DNA of 64,000 nucleotides from Candidatus Berkiella sp. (GTDB lineage Bacteria; Pseudomonadota; Gammaproteobacteria; Berkiellales; Berkiellaceae): NCBI GenBank assembly GCA_050252335.1, contig JBFWLB010000007.1, positions 2,261 to 66,260 of the forward strand, read 5' to 3'. Shown piece by piece: positions 57,573 to 64,000 of this stretch (position 1 is its first letter; each line of letters starts with the position of its first letter). The notes under the pieces were generated by a model. It saw only the letters and a program-made list of their open reading frames with translations, ran no database searches and was not told where the DNA came from. The position numbers and the translations under genes were made by a program.

Positions 57573-60182
57573 TTAGTGAGTCGCTTTAAGCTTGGCTTCT
57601 ATCCACTCAGGAGCAGATACCAAGGCAGCCTCTAAGCACTCAGGCTTGCTTCCGCCTGCCTGCGCCATATCTGGACGCCCCCCGCCAGAACCACCCACTT
57701 GAGCTGCTAAATGTCCAATAAGCTCACCTGCTGATATTTTTTGCGTACAATCCTTCGTAATACCAACAATGAGCTGGACTTTAGCATCTGAAACCGTTGC
57801 AAGCACAACAATACCGGATTTGATTTTATTTTTTAAATCATCTACCAATTGCCGCATCAGCTTAGGATCTACACCCTCTAATTTTTTTATCAGTACTTTC
57901 ATACCCTGAATTGTTTGCGCATCACTCAACAAATCACCACCGGATTGTGAAGCCAATTTATGTTTCAGGCGTTCATTCTCTTTTTCGATTGTTTTCAAAC
58001 GTGCAAGTAAATCATTTGATTTTTGCAAAATATTTTCATCATCTGCTTTAAAGCTCTCTTGCAACGCCACTAAGGTACTTTGCTTATTCTTCAAATAATT
58101 CAAAGCACCAAAGCCAGTAAGTGCCTCAATACGGCGCACACCTGCTGCAATACCCAACTCTTGCACAATCACGAAAAGGCCAATATCTCCTGTTCGCTCA
58201 ACATGTGTACCACCACATAATTCAATGGAAAAATCTCCGCCCATTGAAAGTACACGTACTGTCTTGCCATATTTTTCACCAAAGAGTGCCATAACGCCTT
58301 TTTGGATAGCATCATCAAAAGCCATTTCTTCTATGATAACAGGAGTATTTTCCAAAATCTTTTCATTTACAAGTAGCTCAATCTGCTTTAACTGTTCTGC
58401 GCTCACCCCTTCCGTATGAGAAAAGTCAAAACGAAGGCGATCAGCACTTACCAATGAGCCTTTTTGAGTAACGTGGGTTCCTAAAATTCTTCTCAAAGCG
58501 GCATGTAATAAATGTGTTGCAGAATGATTACGACGCGTCGGCTGCCTGGTTGCTTTATTGACTTTGGCGACCACTGGCATTTCTTGACTAAGCACACCTT
58601 GTCGCACAACACCTAAATGCAAAATAGCTTGTTGTGATTTTTGCGTGTCACGTACTTCAAAACTACCGCCGGCAAAAGTAATTTCTCCGTGATCACCTGC
58701 TTGTCCACCTGATTCTGCATAAAAAGGTGATATAGGCAATAATACAATACCTTCTTTACCTTCTTCTAAGCGCGTGACCACTTTGCCTTCATGTACTAAC
58801 TTCAATACTTGCGTTTTTTCTTCTAAAGTTGTGTAACCCGTAAAGGTTGTTTTATCCTCAAAACTTAATTGCGTATTGTAATCCACGGAGAATTGACTGC
58901 TTGCACGTGCCCGTTCTTTTTGAGCAATCATTAAAGCGTCAAAACCTTGCATATCAATTGCAACATTCTTTTCTCTTGCAACATCGGCCGTTAAATCAAT
59001 AGGAAAACCATAGGTATCATAAAGCTTAAAAGCAAGCTCACCTGGAATCACACCATTTTCGCATTCATTCATGCCTGCTTCTAATATCTTTAGGCCTTGT
59101 TCAAGCGTTTTCTCAAACTGTTCTTCTTCACGTAACACTATTTTTTCAATTTGTGAGCGCTGTTCAATCAATGCAGGATAAGCGTCGCCCATTAATTCGC
59201 ACAATGTAACAACCATTTTGTAAAAGAATGGTTGTTTCGCTCCCAGTTGACCACCATGTCGTAATGCACGACGCATAATACGTCTTAATACATAACCTCG
59301 ACCTTCATTTGAAGGCACAACTCCATCTAAAATTAAAAAGCAGGTTGCGCGAATATGATCGGCTAAAACCAAGTAACTCTTATGCGCAATCTCATGTTCC
59401 GGCAACAACGCATGTGCCCGCTTAATTAATGCTTGGAACAAATCAATTTCATAATTACTATGCACGCCCTGCATCACAGCAGCCATACGTTCTAAGCCCA
59501 TACCTGTATCAACCGATGGCTTGGGCAAAGGTGTCATGCTACCGTCTTTCGCACGATTAAATTGCATGAAAACTAAATTCCAAATTTCAATATAACGATC
59601 GCCATCTGCATCTTCACTCCCTGGAGGACCGCCAGGCACATGGGAACCATGATCGTAAAATATTTCTGTACAAGGCCCACAAGGACCTGTATCACCCATT
59701 GCCCAAAAATTATCTTTTTCCCCACAACGAGAAAACCGCTTGGGATCGATTTTTACATCATTTAGCCAAATGTCCTCTGCTTCGGCATCTTCCCTAAATA
59801 TAGACACCCATAGTTTCTCTGGGGGAATTTTGAGTTCTTTGGTTATAAAATTCCAAGCAAAGTGAATAGCCTCTTTTTTGAAATAAGCCCCAAAACTGAA
59901 ATTGCCCAGCATTTCAAAGAAGGTATGATGGCGCGCTGTATAGCCCACATTGTCCAGGTCGTTATGTTTACCGCCTGCTCTTACACAACGCTGACTACTC
60001 GTGGCTTTCGTATAGTCCCGCTTATCTTGCCCTAAAAAAACATCTTTAAACTGCACCATACCCGCATTGGTAAACAACAAAGTTTCATCATTATGGGGTA
60101 TCAATGAACTACTGGGCACAACGGTATGACCATTTTTTGCAAAGTAATCTAAAAATGCTGCTCTTAAGGCACTTAACTTCAT
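57573..60182 (-). CDS. alaS: Alanine--tRNA ligase
   Basis: LLFTNAGMVQFK, RHHTFFEMLGNFSFG, DTGMGLER, ELCGGTH, GGGRPDMAQAGG. Confidence 0.98.
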   Translation of the reverse strand: MKLSALRAAFLDYFAKNGHTVVPSSSLIPHNDETLLFTNAGMVQFKDVFLGQDKRDYTKATSSQRCVRAGGKHNDLDNVGYTARHHTFFEMLGNFSFGAYFKKEAIHFAWNFITKELKIPPEKLWVSIFREDAEAEDIWLNDVKIDPKRFSRCGEKDNFWAMGDTGPCGPCTEIFYDHGSHVPGGPPGSEDADGDRYIEIWNLVFMQFNRAKDGSMTPLPKPSVDTGMGLERMAAVMQGVHSNYEIDLFQALIKRAHALLPEHEIAHKSYLVLADHIRATCFLILDGVVPSNEGRGYVLRRIMRRALRHGGQLGAKQPFFYKMVVTLCELMGDAYPALIEQRSQIEKIVLREEEQFEKTLEQGLKILEAGMNECENGVIPGELAFKLYDTYGFPIDLTADVAREKNVAIDMQGFDALMIAQKERARASSQFSVDYNTQLSFEDKTTFTGYTTLEEKTQVLKLVHEGKVVTRLEEGKEGIVLLPISPFYAESGGQAGDHGEITFAGGSFEVRDTQKSQQAILHLGVVRQGVLSQEMPVVAKVNKATRQPTRRNHSATHLLHAALRRILGTHVTQKGSLVSADRLRFDFSHTEGVSAEQLKQIELLVNEKILENTPVIIEEMAFDDAIQKGVMALFGEKYGKTVRVLSMGGDFSIELCGGTHVERTGDIGLFVIVQELGIAAGVRRIEALTGFGALNYLKNKQSTLVALQESFKADDENILQKSNDLLARLKTIEKENERLKHKLASQSGGDLLSDAQTIQGMKVLIKKLEGVDPKLMRQLVDDLKNKIKSGIVVLATVSDAKVQLIVGITKDCTQKISAGELIGHLAAQVGGSGGGRPDMAQAGGSKPECLEAALVSAPEWIEAKLKATH

Positions 60183-60343
60183 TTGTTCACCTAAAATTTC
60201 GAGTACTGTTTGTTTAATGTAACTATCGTTATGCAAAAACGATATAGTCTTCTCACATGAATCTTAGGGGGTGTTGTCTTCGCCCTCTCGCAATCCTCAT
60301 GTACTTCTATTACATTCCGGTTGCTCGAGGCTTGACGCCTACC

Positions 60344-60787
60344 CTACAATTCATGTGCTGTGACTATATGTTCCGGTAAAAATCCACGTTGAATTAAAAA
60401 TCGATATTGCTTGCTTTGCTCTTGCATGTTTTGGGGTTTATCTTCACCAAAACGTTTTGTTTTTGCTTGTTGGGCAACTTGAACCCAATCGATTATCTGC
60501 CAATCTTCATCTTTCTCAATTTCTCTTTGAGCAATACCATGCCGTTGTAATTCTGCAATAATTTTAAGAGGGCCAACGCCTCGTTGACTTCTCGTACGGA
60601 CAATACTACCAATAAATCGAGACTCACTGAGTAAATCTTCTTGCTCAAGTACGTCTAACACTGCGTTAATGGCCATATGATCAAAACCACGTAAAGCTAG
60701 CTTTTGAGCTAAGTCACGACGCGAATGCTCGCGTCGTGCTAATAGCCGAATTGCCGCTATTTTGACGAGGTTTTTAGGACGCATCAT
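60344..60787 (-). CDS. recX: Regulatory protein RecX
   Basis: [37 protein letters not shown]; downstream of recA. Confidence 0.92.
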   Translation of the reverse strand: MMRPKNLVKIAAIRLLARREHSRRDLAQKLALRGFDHMAINAVLDVLEQEDLLSESRFIGSIVRTRSQRGVGPLKIIAELQRHGIAQREIEKDEDWQIIDWVQVAQQAKTKRFGEDKPQNMQEQSKQYRFLIQRGFLPEHIVTAHEL

Positions 60788-61892
60788 CCTCGGTCGCTTT
60801 TTCTTCCGCTGTTTTCTTACCAACAACACGACGCGCTTCTTTTTTGAGCGGAGCAATAGCTGCTTTCTCATCCGCCGTTTTAGCCTTCGTTGTTGTAAGA
60901 GAATTAGGCAGCAATTGGGCACGAATTTGCTGTTCTATTTCTTGTGCTAATTGTGGGTTTTCAACAAAATAGGTTTGTGCATTTTCCTTGCCTTGACCAA
61001 TGCGATTGCCTTTATAGCTGTACCATGCACCTGATTTTTCAATTAATCCAAGCTTTACACCAAATTCAATGACTTCACCTAAACGTGAAATACCTTGACC
61101 ATATAAAATTTCAAATTCTGCTTGTTTGAAAGGAGGCGCTACTTTATTTTTCACCACTTTAACACGTGTTTCACTGCCTGTTACTTCATCGCCTTTCTTA
61201 ATTGAACCTGTACGACGAATATCCAAACGAACAGAAGAATAAAACTTCAAGGCATTACCGCCGGTTGTGGTTTCTGGGCTACCAAACATCACACCAATTT
61301 TCATACGAATTTGGTTAATAAAAATAGCTAATGTATTGGTACGCTTGAGATTTCCGGTTAATTTGCGCAAAGCTTGAGACATTAAACGTGCTTGCAAACC
61401 AACATGATGGTCACCCATTTCACCTTCGATATCAGCTTTAGGGGTTAAAGCAGCGACTGAGTCTACAACCAAGACATCAATGCTACCAGAGCGCACCAAC
61501 ATATCTGCAATTTCTAAGGCTTGCTCACCCGTGTCTGGTTGGGAGATTAATAAATCTTCGAGGTTAACCCCTAATTTTTCAGCATAAACTGGATCCAAAG
61601 CATGTTCCGCGTCAATAAAAGCAGCAACCCCACCTCTGCGTTGACATTCTGCAATGACTTGTAAGGTAAGCGTTGTTTTTCCTGAAGACTCTGGGCCATA
61701 GATTTCAACGATTCGGCCACGTGGTAAACCACCCACCCCAAGCGCAACGTCCAACCCTAACGAACCTGTTGATATGATCTCAATATCAGGCATATCATTT
61801 TTATCACCCAGTCGCATAATCGAACCTTTGCCAAACTGCCGATCGATCTGCATCAACGCTGCGCTCAGTGCTTGCTTTCTATTTTCGTCCAT
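60774..61892 (-). CDS. recA: Recombinase A
   Basis: [28 protein letters not shown]. Confidence 0.99.
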   Translation of the reverse strand: MDENRKQALSAALMQIDRQFGKGSIMRLGDKNDMPDIEIISTGSLGLDVALGVGGLPRGRIVEIYGPESSGKTTLTLQVIAECQRRGGVAAFIDAEHALDPVYAEKLGVNLEDLLISQPDTGEQALEIADMLVRSGSIDVLVVDSVAALTPKADIEGEMGDHHVGLQARLMSQALRKLTGNLKRTNTLAIFINQIRMKIGVMFGSPETTTGGNALKFYSSVRLDIRRTGSIKKGDEVTGSETRVKVVKNKVAPPFKQAEFEILYGQGISRLGEVIEFGVKLGLIEKSGAWYSYKGNRIGQGKENAQTYFVENPQLAQEIEQQIRAQLLPNSLTTTKAKTADEKAAIAPLKKEARRVVGKKTAEEKATEDDAS

Positions 61893-62020
61893 TACCCGGC
61901 CCCTTAAGTCACAAAATTAACATATATTCTAATCATAAAGAATTATTATTGCACAGAAACATAGCAGAAAAAATTTTTGCTATTATAGTCCTCAGATAAA
62001 TAGAAAAGTTAGATATTCTT

Positions 62021-64000
62021 ATGACAAATAATAAAAAAGAAGTAGCCACTGCCCATACCCCAATGATGCAACAATATTTGAACATTAAAGCACAATACCC
62101 CAAAACGCTTTTGTTCTATCGCATGGGCGACTTTTATGAATTATTTTACGATGATGCTAAAAAAGCAGCTGAGTTACTCGATCTAACTTTAACCGCGCGC
62201 GGCCAATCTGCTGGTGAACCCATTCCGATGGCCGGTCTTCCCTATCACGCATCAGAAAGCTATCTTGCAAAACTCATTCAGCTAGGAGAATCCATCGCTA
62301 TCTGCGAACAAGTTGGCGATGCTACGAGCAAGGGCCCCATGAAACGAGAAGTCGTCCGTGTACTCACACCCGGCACGGTAACAGATGAAGCTTTGCTAGA
62401 TTCGCACAAAGAAGCTTTATTATGCGCACTGTATCTTGCAAAAGATAAAGTAGGTATTGCCACACTTGAATTGGCCAGTGGCAGATTCGCACTTTCTGAA
62501 ACAACGCTGCAAAATTTAAATAATGAGTTGGCTAGATTGCAACCCGCAGAAGTCTTGTTGCCCGACTCTTTTGCCAACAGAGCCAGCAGTGAATACACAA
62601 GTCAATTAACGCGTATTCGATGTCGGAACCGCCCAGAATGGGATTTTGATTACCAGGGCGCTTACCATGTGTTATGCGAACAATTCGCTGTAAAATCTCT
62701 CAAAGCTTTTCAATGTGATGGTTTCACTCTCGGCATACAAGCCGCTGGCGCTGTACTCAGGTTCATTCATGAAACACAAGGCAGGCAATTAACCCATATT
62801 CATCGCCTTGAAGTCGAAACAGAACACGCGCTCTTACAGCTTGATAATCATACACGCAGAAATTTAGAATTAACCCAAAATTTACAAGGGAATCGAGAAT
62901 ATACGCTTATCTCTGTTTTAGATAAAACCAAAACCCCCATGGGTAGTCGATTACTCAGTCGTTGGTTGAATCGTCCCATTACAAATCCCACTATTTTGAA
63001 TGAACGTTATGAATCTATCACCCTATTACAACAAAAATATGCGCTTGATGAATTGCAATCCATACTCAAAAAAATAGGTGACATGGAACGTATCCTAGCG
63101 CGCATCGGCTTACAAAGTGCGAGACCCCGCGATCTCGTGAAATTAAAAGACGGCTTAGTCGCGCTGGTGGACTTAAAGAAACGGCTTAAGTACCCACTAC
63201 CTTTTATGAAAGGTATAGCTCTTATGCTGCATGAAAATGTAGTAGAAACTTTGGAATGTGCCATTATCGATAATCCTCCCATGATCATACGAGATGGCGG
63301 TGTTATTAAGCCTGGTTTCGATGCCACACTGGATGAGCTGCAAGCCCTCAGCGAACACAGCGAAGCTTTTTTAACCCAGCTGGAAATAAAAGAACAACAA
63401 GAAACCAAACTGAGCACTTTAAAAGTCGGTTACAACCGTGTACATGGCTTTTATATTGAACTCAGTCGACGTGAATCGGACAAAGTACCTAAGCACTATC
63501 AAAGACGACAAACCCTAAAAAATACTGAGCGCTTTATTACTGAAGAGCTAAAGACATTTGAAGACAAAGTACTCAGTGCAAGAGAAAAAGCATTACAACG
63601 AGAAAAAGCTCTTTACGAAGAAATACTGCGTGGGTTATTGAAAGATCTAACCAGCATGCAAACAACCGCAAGCTGCTTAGCAGAACTCGATGTGTTGCTT
63701 AATTTAGCCGAAAGAGCACAAACTCTAAATTACAGTAAACCGACACTCAGTTCAGAGGCAAAGATACAAATCAAGGCGGGCAGACACCCTGTCATTGAAG
63801 AGGCTGTCTCACAGGTGGCTTTTACCCCCAACGATCTACACTTTGACACAGACACCAAGATGCTACTCATTACCGGCCCCAATATGGGTGGTAAATCAAC
63901 TTATATGCGCCAAATTGCACTCATTGTTATTCTGGCACATATTGGCAGCTTTGTACCCGCACAAAGTGCTAACATTGGCGCTATTGACAGAATTTTTACC
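62021..64000 (+). CDS. mutS: DNA mismatch repair protein MutS (runs off window; absent from ORF track)
   Basis: Hand-translated HTPMMQQY...[11 protein letters not shown]; near the window end [15 protein letters not shown] Walker A. Confidence 0.96.
   Translation, partial: MTNNKKEVATAHTPMMQQYLNIKAQYPKTLLFYRMGDFYELFYDDAKKAAELLDLTLTARGQSAGEPIPMAGLPYHASESYLAKLIQLGESIAICEQVGDATSKGPMKREVVRVLTPGTVTDEALLDSHKEALLCALYLAKDKVGIATLELASGRFALSETTLQNLNNELARLQPAEVLLPDSFANRASSEYTSQLTRIRCRNRPEWDFDYQGAYHVLCEQFAVKSLKAFQCDGFTLGIQAAGAVLRFIHETQGRQLTHIHRLEVETEHALLQLDNHTRRNLELTQNLQGNREYTLISVLDKTKTPMGSRLLSRWLNRPITNPTILNERYESITLLQQKYALDELQSILKKIGDMERILARIGLQSARPRDLVKLKDGLVALVDLKKRLKYPLPFMKGIALMLHENVVETLECAIIDNPPMIIRDGGVIKPGFDATLDELQALSEHSEAFLTQLEIKEQQETKLSTLKVGYNRVHGFYIELSRRESDKVPKHYQRRQTLKNTERFITEELKTFEDKVLSAREKALQREKALYEEILRGLLKDLTSMQTTASCLAELDVLLNLAERAQTLNYSKPTLSSEAKIQIKAGRHPVIEEAVSQVAFTPNDLHFDTDTKMLLITGPNMGGKSTYMRQIALIVILAHIGSFVPAQSANIGAIDRIFT

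Noticed and set aside
62278-63417. Minus-strand ORFs 62278-62598 and 63007-63417
   Set aside because: Antisense shadows of mutS, which the track missed because it runs off the window

Overview
AT-rich gammaproteobacterial chromosome segment. Housekeeping blocks sit at both ends: recN-fur-bamE-ratB-ratA-smpB on the left; manC, lplT-like MFS fusion, PBP, upp, xseB-ispA-dxs-folE2, csrA-lysC-alaS-recX-recA and mutS on the right. The gene content (THI5, eukaryote-like proteins, many orphan effector-like ORFs) suggests an amoeba-associated intracellular Legionellales/Coxiellales-like organism; this is inference, not verified. Between the blocks lie four things. (1) An accessory region with a Hanks-type kinase and divergent PTPMT1-like phosphatase, a TPP riboswitch with a THI5+Cys-type THI4 operon, a degenerate Rab-like GTPase ending in CKRS, and two unannotated small charged ORFs. 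(2) An AbiEi-like/Fic fusion gene with 24-bp direct repeats upstream. (3) A ~12.9-kb island integrated at the tmRNA 3' end (ssrA 33060-33408, minus strand). It carries a type I R-M system co-oriented with two unknown genes, an AlpA-HTH-tyrosine recombinase module, a RelE/HigB-type TA pair and a P4-like integrase. (4) An array of three 'MLDF' membrane-protein paralogs, one ending in an HMGN-like RRSARLA motif. Also present: a decayed motA/motB pseudogene and at least seven copies of a dispersed palindromic REP/MITE-like family. No CRISPR array, rRNA or tRNA was seen. Family names come from recognised motifs; no searches were run.
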